Shown here: one piece after another, positions 1-9,702 of the stretch
Layout: every line of letters starts with the position of its first letter
Position numbering within the stretch: position 1 is the first letter of the stretch
The notes under the pieces: generated by a model
The model's input: only the letters and a program-made list of their open reading frames with translations
The model's database searches: none
What the model was told of the DNA's origin: nothing
Source of the DNA: an uncultured Bdellovibrio sp.
GTDB taxonomy: Bacteria; Bdellovibrionota; Bdellovibrionia; Bdellovibrionales; Bdellovibrionaceae
Reading direction: 5' to 3'
Length of the DNA: 63,947 nt
Assembly: GCA_963932905.1 (NCBI GenBank)
Contig: CAWVRN010000028.1
Coordinates: 1-63,947, forward strand
Program-made: the position numbers and the translations under genes

Positions 1-401
<401 letters not shown>

Positions 402-494
402 AAATAAACCTAAAAATCACTTAAATATTTTACAAAACTCTCGAGAAATCGAGAGTTTTGTTGAAAAGTTAAATCATTAAAGATATAAAGTTTT

Positions 495-611
495 TAATGG
501 TGTCTATAGCAAGAGAGATACACCTGATCCCATTCCGAACTCAGCAGTTAAGCCTCTTAGCGGCGATGGTATTGCATGCGCAAGCGTGTGAAAGAGTAGC
601 ACGACGCCAGT
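495..611 (+). rRNA. rrf: 5S rRNA
   Basis: CACCTGATCCCATTCCGAACTCAGCAGTTAAG and GCGATGGTA...GAGTAGCACGACGCCA; ends TGGTGTC/GACGCCA pair; lies after the 23S. Ends +/- 2 nt. Confidence 0.96.
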
Positions 612-616
612 CTTAT

Positions 617-641
617 GCCCCGTTTTACGGGGCTTTTTTTT
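617..641 (+). terminator. Rho-independent terminator of the rRNA operon
   Basis: GCCCCGT-TTT-ACGGGGC stem followed by T8. Confidence 0.9.
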
Positions 642-805
642 GCCTAAAACGATTTTTGAAATCGAAAACTCATTTTTAGATAATTAATTTAGTAGTTTTG
701 GATAGTGCTGCTATTGAGCTTTGTTCGCTCTCTGTTGAGTCTTTTAATTAGCTGAGTAATTGGACTGGTAGAGTTGTGATCGTCAGATACAGATGATATT
801 AAGAC

Positions 806-836
806 AAAAAAAAGAGAACGTTTCCGTTCCCTTTTT
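806..836 (-). terminator. Rho-independent terminator of rpsR
   Basis: Minus strand reads AAAAAGGGAACG-GAAA-CGTTCTC-T8, about 35 nt after the rpsR stop. Confidence 0.75.
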
Positions 837-869
837 CGATAATAAAATTTTTACAAATTTAATTATTAA

Positions 870-1142
870 TTAAACTTCGAATGGCGCTGGATTGATTTGT
901 TCTACTTTTGAACCAGTATCGTAGTGATCCATACCGATGGATAGTAAACCTAGGTTTCTAGCTTTCTTAATAGCTTTAGTTACCATTTTTTGTTGAGACA
1001 TTTTAAGTTTAGAGATGCGAGAAGGGACGATTTTTCCGCCATCTGCAAGGTATTTAGATAGGGAAACAGGATCTTTGTAATCGATCTGCATTACAGATTT
1101 AGCAGTTACCTTTTTCTTCTTAGTATCATTTTTCATAATCAT
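870..1142 (-). CDS. rpsR: 30S ribosomal protein S18 (no Zn-binding Cys)
   Basis: IDYKDPVSLSKYLADGGKIVPSRISKL...QQKMVTKAIKKARNLGLL matches the S18 core. Start may be at 1136. Confidence 0.93.
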   Translation of the reverse strand: MIMKNDTKKKKVTAKSVMQIDYKDPVSLSKYLADGGKIVPSRISKLKMSQQKMVTKAIKKARNLGLLSIGMDHYDTGSKVEQINPAPFEV

Positions 1143-1223
1143 CCTTTAATAGATATTGATTTTTTAGTAAAAATTTATTAAGTTTCATTTACTTTATTTT
1201 TAAACAATTATCAAAGGTTTTGT

Positions 1224-1511
1224 ATGGCAATCTGCGAACTTTCGGGTAAAAAACCCGTAATCAAAAATTTAGTGAGTCACTCTAACATCAAGACTAAGAC
1301 GCTTGTTCAGCCGAATGTTCAGTACAAAAGACTATTCAGCAAGAAACTTAACAAATTTTTTAAACTTAAATTAGCGACAAGCACTTTAAGAACTATCGAT
1401 CATATTGGTGGATTTGATAAATATCTATTGAACCAAGACGATGCGATTCTTTCTAAAAGAGCGCTTAAAATTAAACTAGATTTGCAAAAATCTCTTGCTA
1501 AGAAAAACTAA
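1224..1511 (+). CDS. rpmB: 50S ribosomal protein L28
   Basis: MAICELSGKKP...VSHSNIKTK...PNVQ...LRTIDHIGGFDKYLL, the long form of L28. Confidence 0.95.
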   Translation: MAICELSGKKPVIKNLVSHSNIKTKTLVQPNVQYKRLFSKKLNKFFKLKLATSTLRTIDHIGGFDKYLLNQDDAILSKRALKIKLDLQKSLAKKN

Positions 1512-1521
1512 GGGCTAATCG

Positions 1522-1728
1522 ATGAAAACAGCATATAAAAAAGGTCTTAAAGTTAAAGTTATCAGTGGCGCTGACAAAGGCAAAACTGGTTCAATCATCA
1601 AGTTTTATGCTAAAAAAGATGTAGCTTTAGTTGAAGGTGTTAACGTTAAAACTCACTTCGATAAAAAAGATGGTCTTTTGAAAAAAGAATCTCCGATTCA
1701 CATTAGCAAAATTCAACCTGCTAAATAG
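1522..1728 (+). CDS. rplX: 50S ribosomal protein L24, short 68-aa form
   Basis: KOW motif KKGLKVKVISGADKGKTG, then VEGVNVKTH and KESPIHISK. Confidence 0.88.
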   Translation: MKTAYKKGLKVKVISGADKGKTGSIIKFYAKKDVALVEGVNVKTHFDKKDGLLKKESPIHISKIQPAK

Positions 1729-1741
1729 TTTTTGAAATTAC

Positions 1742-1776
1742 AAGCCTCAGTCGGAAACGACTGGGGCTTTTTTTTT
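1742..1776 (+). terminator. Rho-independent terminator after rpmB-rplX
   Basis: AAGCCTCAGTCG-GAAA-CGACTGGGGC followed by T9. Confidence 0.9.
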
Positions 1777-1782
1777 GTCCAC

Positions 1783-2615
1783 CTATGATTTCTTTTTCTT
1801 GGTGTCTGTTTTAGGGAAAAGGCTTTGAAATTCTTCATTTTCGCACAACGATTTAAATCGTTTATCTTTCCTTACATCTGCTGTTTCTACTAAGTCATTT
1901 CTCCAGTCCACCCCCTTAAGAAACTTCATGGTTAGTTCTAGATTTTTCAACTCCATGGCTACAACCGCTAATTGCCTTATCCGTTGATGCCCAGTTTTTA
2001 GCTTGTCGAAATTTTCTTCGGCGAGTTTTAGCCATTTTGTGACCTCCTCTAAGGGGGTCGTATCTTTTTTAATAAGTCTTCAAGGGCCGGAATTATAAAT
2101 GACAATAATATATCTATTGGTACATCCGTCTTCATCTTTTCAAGTTCTGTAACAAAATTTTTGGATCGGGTGTCAGCATCAAATGAGTTAGCTTGTACGT
2201 AGTTTATAGTCTTGGTCGCTTTATTTTTTTCTTTTTCAAATTCAGCTCTCCATTTTGTTTCTAAGGTAGAATATTTAGGAGAGGAAAACTGTTCTAAAAA
2301 GTATGTTTTCAGTTTTTTTTCATCATTGCCAACACATTTTACGTGGAGTGGGGAGAGGGATTGCCAGTTCTTCTGCCACTCGGCATAGATCTCGTCTGTC
2401 ATTTTGAACGGTGGCTTTTCGCTAAGTAAAAAATGGGTCGTACCGTCTTTTGTTGTAACACGATTTCCATCGAAGTTTTTCACTCTTTTAGCCAATGGTC
2501 CATCTGCCCATAGTGCCCAGGCAGTAGATAGGAAGCCATCAAATGGGCTTGGCTGAAGCTGATTCCATATCGCTGGAAACGGTGCGCAGCTGGCATAGAA
2601 ATGAGGGACATCCAC
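1783..2615 (-). pseudogene. Hypothetical gene split by a -1 frameshift (ORF 2615-2049 continues in the -1 frame to the stop at 1783)
   Basis: The 188-aa ORF stops 5 codons after the A6 run at 2065-2070. The -1 frame stays open for 93 protein-like codons (DTTPLEEVTKWLKLAEENF...KDKRFKSLCENEEFQSLFPK) and ends beside the terminator. The 5' start is unclear: the frame is open to a TGA at 2706-2708 with no ATG. Confidence 0.6.
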
Positions 2616-2864
2616 TTGGGGGTTCCGACCAAATATGGAAATTAAAGTATCTTTAGCTCCCGGAAAACGGGTTCCATTTGGTAGAATTCTTTTGGAACCT
2701 AACTGTCAGGTTCACCATCTTTGAAGTGAACGCAAAATGCCGTGGAGCCCGAGTTTTTTGTATCTTTTGATTCTGGTTGAGTGAGTAGAACCGTATGAAC
2801 TCTAGGAGGATTAAATGACTTAAACTATCTATTTTTTCTAGCGATTTAATTTAAAGGGAAAAAT

Positions 2865-2941
2865 TGGTCGGAGAGACAGGATTCGAACCTGCGACCCCCT
2901 GCTCCCAAGGCAGGTGCGCTACCAAACTGCGCTACTCTCCG
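2865..2941 (-). tRNA. tRNA-Pro(TGG)
   Basis: Minus strand CGGAGAGTAGCGCAGTTTGGTAGCGCACCTGC-CTTGGGA-GCAGGGGGTCGCAGGTTCGAATCCTGTCTCTCCGACCA: cloverleaf, TTCGAAT T-loop, encoded CCA. Confidence 0.97.
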
Positions 2942-3192
2942 CGTGGGACCCAAATTAGTCTTCCTCTTGGTCTTTTGTCAATTTTAAATTCATTAGAATT
3001 CTTGAAGATTTGGCCTGAATTCTGAGCAATTTGTGTCTGAAAAGCCTTTTTTACCCTGATTAGCTGGTCTGTTGCCTAGGTTGTATGGACGAGAGATTGT
3101 AGGCATCAAATGTACTTTGAGATTTGAGTGAAAACCGTAAATAATAAACCATTAACTATTTGATTTCACTCTTTGAAACGGGCTCTTAACAG

Positions 3193-3834
3193 ATGAAAAT
3201 CGACAAAGCATACTTACCGTTTATTATATTGGGCGCATTGGCTGTGTTCCTGTTTTTCTATGATCCACCGGCCTCTATTTGTGAAGTTCAGATGAAATCG
3301 TATCGCATGAGTATGGTCGGAAAACTTTATGGTCGTCGGGTCGATAAAAATGTCATTCCCGCCAAAATTTCAGATGCTGTGACGAGTTGCCAACGTGGTA
3401 AAACTTCCGGCAGTTGCATGAATTTTTTTGATATCATTAACGATGCGATCACCAATCTAAATCAATTCGACGACGAGTGCCTCCCCGGGTTGATTGAAGA
3501 AAAACCTCTTTTCGAAAATGCGAAGAAGTTCTTTTTAATCATGAATATCCTGGCTTGGGGAGATCGAGTACCTGCAGACAATCGAGATAACTGGTTCAGC
3601 CAATCTAACCTGTATGTCTATTGCAAAAATAAAAATTTTCTAAAGTCGGTTATGGAGCCGGATGCGTTTGATGGATTAGTTGCTCAGTCTATTCGCAGTT
3701 TTCCTTTTGAAAAATTACCTTTTGATTTTGATGAGAATTCTCCAGAGTTTCTAAATAACAAAGCAATTAATAAAATGCCTGTGGAAGAGGTTACTGCAAA
3801 AAGTATTTTGTCTATTCGTTGTGAGGCAATGTAA
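3193..3834 (+). CDS. Hypothetical membrane-anchored, Cys-containing protein
   Basis: 213-aa ORF with an N-terminal hydrophobic helix and six Cys; no family recognised. Confidence 0.75.
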   Translation: MKIDKAYLPFIILGALAVFLFFYDPPASICEVQMKSYRMSMVGKLYGRRVDKNVIPAKISDAVTSCQRGKTSGSCMNFFDIINDAITNLNQFDDECLPGLIEEKPLFENAKKFFLIMNILAWGDRVPADNRDNWFSQSNLYVYCKNKNFLKSVMEPDAFDGLVAQSIRSFPFEKLPFDFDENSPEFLNNKAINKMPVEEVTAKSILSIRCEAM

Positions 3835-3992
3835 ATAAAGGGATTTGAGTTTGAGGGTGCCTTTGATTGCCAAAAGAACATGGTGATTAAAGATCCAGTT
3901 CAGTCGGGCGATAGAATAGGAATTTAATGGATTTCATCCAGATGAAAAACCTAAATTTAAGTTGAACATGGAAGAGAGTTAGGAAGTGTTAA

Positions 3993-4847
3993 ATGTCTAA
4001 ATTAAAAATTGGACTGGCGCAGTTAAATTCGAACGACGATTTAAATAGAAACGTTGACCAAATCATTGGATTGCTTGAACAGGTTCAAGAGGGTGTTGAT
4101 ATTGTTTTCTTTCCGGAGAATTCGCTTTTTTTTCGCGTTCGAGAGAATGATACTGTTAACTATCTGACTTTAGATTCTGCGGAGTTTGAAAAAATAGCGG
4201 GTGTTTGTGCGAAGAAGAATTTACATGTGCATTTAGGCTCGGTTCCTTTGATGGATCGTGGGTCCCCTTCGAATTCATCGATTTTAATCACTCCGGCTCA
4301 GAAAATTGTTCCTTCGTATAAAAAAATTCATCTTTTTGATATTCAGCTCAACCAAGAAAAAGCAATACGTGAATCCGATTGTTTTCGACGTGGTGAGAGT
4401 CCTGCCATATTTAGCTTAAAAGGGTGGCGATTCGGCCAAACCATTTGCTATGACATTCGATTCTCTGAATTGTATCGCTATTATAATTCCATGAAAGTGG
4501 ATGTAATTTTAATTCCAGCAGCGTTCTTGAAAAAAACGGGGATCGCTCATTGGCATACGTTGAATCGGGCCCGTGCTATCGAGAGTCAATCCTATGTTGT
4601 TTCTAGTGCCCAGATGGGGCCTCATCATTCAAAGCATGGTGAACAGCATATTCGTGAAACCTTTGGTCACGCCCTATGTGTATCGCCCTGGGGGGAGATT
4701 CTTGCGGATCTTGAACATGTGCCGACTATTTCCGTTATTGAATTAGATAAAGCTCAGATTGAGAACGTAAAGAAGCAAATCCCTATGGATAATCACCGTT
4801 GGGTTAATCCGGGCACTTGGAAGGCTAACGAAATCATTCTAGATTAA
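3993..4847 (+). CDS. Carbon-nitrogen hydrolase (Nit1/deaminated glutathione amidase-like)
   Basis: Catalytic E-K-C motifs FFPEN, YKKIHLFD, ICYDIRF; also RARAIESQ, FGHA and SPWGE. Confidence 0.92.
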   Translation: MSKLKIGLAQLNSNDDLNRNVDQIIGLLEQVQEGVDIVFFPENSLFFRVRENDTVNYLTLDSAEFEKIAGVCAKKNLHVHLGSVPLMDRGSPSNSSILITPAQKIVPSYKKIHLFDIQLNQEKAIRESDCFRRGESPAIFSLKGWRFGQTICYDIRFSELYRYYNSMKVDVILIPAAFLKKTGIAHWHTLNRARAIESQSYVVSSAQMGPHHSKHGEQHIRETFGHALCVSPWGEILADLEHVPTISVIELDKAQIENVKKQIPMDNHRWVNPGTWKANEIILD

Positions 4848-5004
4848 TATTTAGGATTGTTGAATTGCAACGGTTTCCGGTTAGTAGTGTCAAAAAAGTC
4901 ATCCTCAAATGAGGAAACATTGGTTGAGTCTCGACACTACCTTGTGGCAATATAGATGAAAGTTTAATGATAATAGAAATTGTTTTAAACAGAAGGTGCT
5001 TAAG

Positions 5005-5238
5005 ATGAAAGTAAATGGAATTAAAATAATCTTGGTCCTAGTTTTTGCTCAGTTGGTTTCGTTTGCTGAAACTGTAACTCTGGAAACATTCGAGAGTTTG
5101 TCTGCTGCCATCAAAACTAAGAAAAATGCAAATCTTTTGGATGAAACTCCTTTGAAAGTCATTCCTCAGTACAGTCAGCCTCAGCGTAAAATTCAAGCTA
5201 CGACTGAGTCTTCAGAATCTGCGTTAAGCACTGAATAA
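5005..5238 (+). CDS. Small hypothetical secreted protein
   Basis: Signal-peptide-like MKVNGIKIILVLVFAQLVSFA with an AAGG-like RBS; ends 16 nt before ETF-QO. Confidence 0.55.
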   Translation: MKVNGIKIILVLVFAQLVSFAETVTLETFESLSAAIKTKKNANLLDETPLKVIPQYSQPQRKIQATTESSESALSTE

Positions 5239-5254
5239 TTAGGAGCTAAGAATC

Positions 5255-6973
5255 ATGAAGAATAATTTTTTTCCACTTCCAGAAGGCGTTCAACGCGAAG
5301 AGATGGATACTGATGTATTAATAGTCGGTGGCGGTGTTGCGGGCCTTTCTTGCGCGCTTGAGATCGCTAATCTTTATGAAAAGAAAAAAGCGGCTGATCC
5401 AAATATGACCGCTGAGATGCCAAGTATCATGGTTTTAGAAAAAGCATCTGAAATTGGAGCTCATAGTTTTTCAGGCGCGGTGATGAATCCTTCGGCGCTG
5501 AAAGAATTGTTACCAAACTTTTTAGAGTTAGGTTTTCCATTTGAATCTGAAGTTAAAGAAGATGAAGTCCATTATCTTACGAAATCGGGTAATTTTAAAT
5601 TACCACTGACTCCTCCGCCATTTAAAAATCATGGGAACTACATAGTTTCTATCGCTAAAGTAAATCGTTGGTTAGGCCAACTGTGCGAACAAAAAGGTAT
5701 TATGGTTTTCCCGGGCTTTGCCGCCGTTGAAGTTCTATATGATGGCGACAAAGTGATAGGTGTCCGTACGGGCGACAAGGGCCGTGATAAAGAAGGAAAT
5801 CCAAAACCTAATTTTGAGCCCGGTATCATCGTTAAATCTAAAGTGACTGTGTTTGCGGAAGGAACTCGTGGTTCTTTGTTCCGTGCCCATGCAAAAAAGT
5901 TAGACTTATATAAAGGCAAAAACGGCGACGTGTACGAAGAGGGTGTGAAGGAAATTATTCAATGCCGTCCAGGGTCTGTTAAGCCAGGAAAAGTTATTCA
6001 CACTCTTGGGTTTCCGCTAATGAAAAGCATTGGGGGCACTTTTATTTATACATTGCCAGGGGATAAAATTATTGTCGGTATCGTAGCTTATTTAGATACA
6101 AAAGATCCCTTGTTAGACCCGCATAGAGAATTGCAAAAATTAAAAACTCATCCGTTCGTATATGAGATGATCAAAGACGGCAAAGTATTGGCGTACGGTG
6201 GCAAAACACTTCCTGCCGGTGGTTGGTATTCGATGCCCAAGCTTTTTGGTGCCGGATGGATGGTATGCGGTGATACTGCGAGTATGGTGGATGTACAGAA
6301 ACTTAAAGGTATTCATTTAGCGATGAAGTCAGGGATGTTAGCCGCAGAAACGGCCGTGGACGCCCTTCAAAAAGGTGACGTCTCGGATACGGCATTGTCA
6401 TCTTTTGAGACTAAAATTCACCAGAGCTTTGTGAAGAAGGAATTGTACCGAGTTCGTAATTTCCACCAGACCTTATCTCGAGGGATTTTGAAATCTTTAC
6501 CATTAATTGGCCTTCAGGAAATCACGGGTGGTCGTGGATTGTTTGATAATATGAAGTCGCATGTTGATGCTAAAGAGACTAGACCGGTCGATGAGGTGTG
6601 GACTAACAAAGCGGAACTGGATGAATCTGTTCAGCTTCCAAAGCCAGATGGTATTTTATTCATGGACAAGCTTTCTAGCGTCTATTTAACAGGTACTATG
6701 CACGATGAGGACTCTCCTAACCATCTGCTGTTGCAGAATGGAGACATCTGCCGAACCGTGTGTGAGCCTAAATACAAGTCGCCGTGTACTTTGTTCTGTC
6801 CAGCGGCGGTCTATGAAATGATTCCATCGTCAGCTCACGCCGGCCAAAAAGAATTGAAAATAAACAACACAAACTGTATACACTGCAAGACTTGCGACAT
6901 TAAGTGCCCGTTCGAAAACATCGATTGGACAACTCCCGAGGGTGCTGGGGGTCCCAAATATACAGAAGTGTAG
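5255..6973 (+). CDS. Electron transfer flavoprotein-ubiquinone oxidoreductase
   Basis: FAD motif DVLIVGGGVAGLS; EKASEIGAHSFSGA; KGIHLAMKSGMLAAE; C-terminal 4Fe-4S motifs CPAAVYE and NCIHCKTCDIKCP. Confidence 0.95.
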   Translation: MKNNFFPLPEGVQREEMDTDVLIVGGGVAGLSCALEIANLYEKKKAADPNMTAEMPSIMVLEKASEIGAHSFSGAVMNPSALKELLPNFLELGFPFESEVKEDEVHYLTKSGNFKLPLTPPPFKNHGNYIVSIAKVNRWLGQLCEQKGIMVFPGFAAVEVLYDGDKVIGVRTGDKGRDKEGNPKPNFEPGIIVKSKVTVFAEGTRGSLFRAHAKKLDLYKGKNGDVYEEGVKEIIQCRPGSVKPGKVIHTLGFPLMKSIGGTFIYTLPGDKIIVGIVAYLDTKDPLLDPHRELQKLKTHPFVYEMIKDGKVLAYGGKTLPAGGWYSMPKLFGAGWMVCGDTASMVDVQKLKGIHLAMKSGMLAAETAVDALQKGDVSDTALSSFETKIHQSFVKKELYRVRNFHQTLSRGILKSLPLIGLQEITGGRGLFDNMKSHVDAKETRPVDEVWTNKAELDESVQLPKPDGILFMDKLSSVYLTGTMHDEDSPNHLLLQNGDICRTVCEPKYKSPCTLFCPAAVYEMIPSSAHAGQKELKINNTNCIHCKTCDIKCPFENIDWTTPEGAGGPKYTEV

Positions 6974-6985
6974 ATAGAATAATAT

Positions 6986-8113
6986 ATGGCTGATTTTTTT
7001 GCGTCTTGTCCCTCTGAACTTTCAGGTATTTTGTATAATGAATTAGCGGCGCTAGGGATGGAGAAACTTGAAAAAACCAACAGCGGAGTTTACTTCCAAA
7101 GTTCTTGGGAAGGTTGCTACAAAGTAAATTTACATTCTCGTATTGCGAGCCGTGTTTACAAACCGGTTCTTGAATTTATCGCTTATGATAAAGATCAATT
7201 GTATAATGAAATTCTAAAACATGACTTCACGAAGTACATCGATCCGACGCAAACGATTTCGATCGATGTGAAAGTTAAAGACTGCATGTTGCATGATCAG
7301 CGTTTTGTCGCGATGAGAATCAAAGACGCTATCGTTGACCAATTCCGTGATAAAACTGGTGCTCGTCCAGACGTGGAAAATAAAAACGCCGATTTAAGAA
7401 TTCACGTTAAAGCGACTAAAAATAATTTTTGGGTGGCTCTAGATACCTCAGGTAATAGCCTTTTCATGCGTGGTTATCGTAAAGAAGTAGGGGAAGCGCC
7501 ACTGAAAGAGAACTTGGCCGCAGGATTAGTGGCTTTAACTGAATGGGATCGTAAATCAGCGGTAGTAGACCCAATGTGCGGTTCTGGTACTTTGTTAATT
7601 GAAGCGGCGATGATGTACATGAACATGGCGCCTGGAACTCTTCGTAAGAAGTTTGGTTTCCAGAACTGGAAAAACTATCGCAAAGACGTTTGGGAAAAAT
7701 TAGTCAACGAAGCGATGGAAGCGGAATTGCCACCCCCAGAAACTCCGATGTTCTTTGGCTACGATTTAGATAACCAAATGATCAAAAAAGCTAAGATCAA
7801 TGCTCAGGAAGCGGGCGTAGAGGCTTTTGTTAAATTTAGAAAAGAAACTCTTTCTTTATTGAAACCAGAAGTGGAAAAAGGTGTGTTGATCACGAATCCT
7901 CCGTATGGTGCGCGTATCGGGGAAGAAGACTGGTTAAAAGACGTTTACCGCGATCTTGGCTATTGTTTTAAACATTCTTTCAAAGGCTGGGATTGCTGGG
8001 TTCTATCTGGGAACAAAGATTTAATCATGGAACTTAAGTTAAAGGCAGATCGTCGTATTATGGTATTCAACGGGCCTATTGAGTGCCGTTTCCTTAAATA
8101 TTCGATGTACTAA
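6986..8113 (+). CDS. THUMP-domain rRNA m2G methyltransferase (RlmL/YpsC-like)
   Basis: DTSGNSLFMRGYR, APLKENLAAG, DPMCGSGTLLIEAA, ITNPPYGARIG. Confidence 0.92.
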   Translation: MADFFASCPSELSGILYNELAALGMEKLEKTNSGVYFQSSWEGCYKVNLHSRIASRVYKPVLEFIAYDKDQLYNEILKHDFTKYIDPTQTISIDVKVKDCMLHDQRFVAMRIKDAIVDQFRDKTGARPDVENKNADLRIHVKATKNNFWVALDTSGNSLFMRGYRKEVGEAPLKENLAAGLVALTEWDRKSAVVDPMCGSGTLLIEAAMMYMNMAPGTLRKKFGFQNWKNYRKDVWEKLVNEAMEAELPPPETPMFFGYDLDNQMIKKAKINAQEAGVEAFVKFRKETLSLLKPEVEKGVLITNPPYGARIGEEDWLKDVYRDLGYCFKHSFKGWDCWVLSGNKDLIMELKLKADRRIMVFNGPIECRFLKYSMY

Positions 8114-8136
8114 GAATTTAAAAAAATTAAGATAAT

Positions 8137-8174
8137 AAAGAGCTCGAGCCTAAAATCTCGAGCTTTCTTTTTTT
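8137..8174. terminator. Terminator hairpin between convergent genes
   Basis: GAGCTCGAG-N8-CTCGAGCTT with a T-rich tail on + and an A-rich flank upstream. Confidence 0.7.
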
Positions 8175-8176
8175 AA

Positions 8177-8536
8177 CTAGGCAAATTTAGTGACTGCAGT
8201 GATAGCGGCTAAAACGCCTAAGCCAACTACGATTAAGTACATAGGCATAGGACCCAGCACTTGGCGCTTAATAATCGCTAGGGAAGCCCCTACAGCTAAC
8301 CAAATTGCGATTTTGATATAAACCCATACTGGCAATTGAGAAACTAAACCTAGGCGAGCCGCTAAGCCAAACCCAGAAACTAAAAGAAGTAACAGACCAA
8401 GTCCGTGCAAGATGGAAAATAGTTTTTTCTTTTCATTTGATTTATTTGAAACCAAATAAAAAATGTAACCAGACAATGATGTGAACGTTAAAAACAGACC
8501 TGTGTAGTGTAGAACTTTATAGAACTCGTAAGGCAT
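8177..8536 (-). CDS. Small four-TM membrane protein (SirB2-like)
   Basis: Four hydrophobic helices; motifs YKVLH, HGLGLLLLLVSG and WVYIK. Confidence 0.75.
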   Translation of the reverse strand: MPYEFYKVLHYTGLFLTFTSLSGYIFYLVSNKSNEKKKLFSILHGLGLLLLLVSGFGLAARLGLVSQLPVWVYIKIAIWLAVGASLAIIKRQVLGPMPMYLIVVGLGVLAAITAVTKFA

Positions 8537-8540
8537 TTTT

Positions 8541-9587
8541 TTATTCCTTTATCGAAAGTGTTTTTAAAATCAGCGCTATTTTTTTTCTCATGTCGACAAT
8601 ATTGCCGATTGTGGAAATAGTTCTGAGTGCATCTTTCAGCGGTTGTAGAGGATAACCACCGTATTGTCCACCTTCAGAAATATCGTTGGTCACTGTAGAG
8701 CGGCCGGCCAAAGTAACGCCATCGGCAACATTCAGTTGTGTTGAGACAACAGAATTGCCTCCTGTAGTGAATCGTTTGCCTAAATGGGTAGAGCCAGCAA
8801 CGAAGAAGCCCGCGGCGATCAGAGAATTTTCGCCGACGGTGCAATTATGGGCGATATGGCAAAGGTTGTCCAATTTGGAACCAGCACCGATGATTGTAGA
8901 ATCGATCGTCGCGCGGTCGATGCAACAGCTGGCACCCATTTCAACGCGATCGCCAATCACGACATTTCCGATTTGTGGTACTTTGTAGTGCTTGTATTGA
9001 CTATCTGTATAGAATCCAAAACCGTCGGAACCGATCGTCGTGTGAGCCTGAATGTCACAGTGGTTTCCGATAATGCAACTATGGCCGACGAATACTTGTG
9101 CATGCAATGTCGTGCCTTCGCCAATTGTTACATCGTCTTCGATCACTGACCCTGGTCCGATGTTTACGCCATCGGCGATCTTTACATTTTTGCCGATAAA
9201 GCAATGGGCGCCAATATTGACGTTCTTTCCGATACTGGCTTGGGTCGACACAACGGCTGTTTGGTGAATTCCTTTATGAAACTTCTTAGAGCTCTTATCA
9301 AAAAGAGGTAAAATTTGAGTCATGGTTAGTTTGATATTTTTCGTAGTGAATACGCTGACTGATTTTGGAACATCGGCCGGAAGAATTTTTTCAAGTGCGA
9401 TGATTGCGCTAGCTCCGCCTTCAAGAGCTTTTGCCCACTGTTCATTGGAGGAAACGAAAACAAGGCTGCCTTTTTTTAAATTCTCGGGTGTGGACACGAA
9501 ATGTATCGCTGATGCGATATTTCCTGAAATATGTTTTAAGTCAGAGTCAGAAATATTAAGAAGATCTTCGAGTTTACTCACGGACAT
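8541..9587 (-). CDS. lpxD: UDP-3-O-(3-hydroxyacyl)glucosamine N-acyltransferase
   Basis: Hexapeptide repeats; [33 protein letters not shown]. Confidence 0.95.
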   Translation of the reverse strand: MSVSKLEDLLNISDSDLKHISGNIASAIHFVSTPENLKKGSLVFVSSNEQWAKALEGGASAIIALEKILPADVPKSVSVFTTKNIKLTMTQILPLFDKSSKKFHKGIHQTAVVSTQASIGKNVNIGAHCFIGKNVKIADGVNIGPGSVIEDDVTIGEGTTLHAQVFVGHSCIIGNHCDIQAHTTIGSDGFGFYTDSQYKHYKVPQIGNVVIGDRVEMGASCCIDRATIDSTIIGAGSKLDNLCHIAHNCTVGENSLIAAGFFVAGSTHLGKRFTTGGNSVVSTQLNVADGVTLAGRSTVTNDISEGGQYGGYPLQPLKDALRTISTIGNIVDMRKKIALILKTLSIKE

Positions 9588-9702
9588 GTTAAGTTTCCTT
9601 ATTAATTTTGCATAGCAAAAAATAAATTTTAAAAGGTTACATTTTTATGAAGTTAGTATAAGCCTGCAATAGGTAAAGACGCAACACAGGAGGATGCTGT
9701 TT

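Noticed and set aside
497..679. 60-aa ORF in the track
   Set aside because: It overlaps the 5S rRNA and its terminator; spurious.
1919..2035. 39-aa minus-strand ORF MAKTRRRKFRQ... preceded by AGGAGG
   Set aside because: It overlaps the longer, more protein-like -1 frame, and the AGGAGG is explained by that frame's GAG GAG codons. Not fully excluded.
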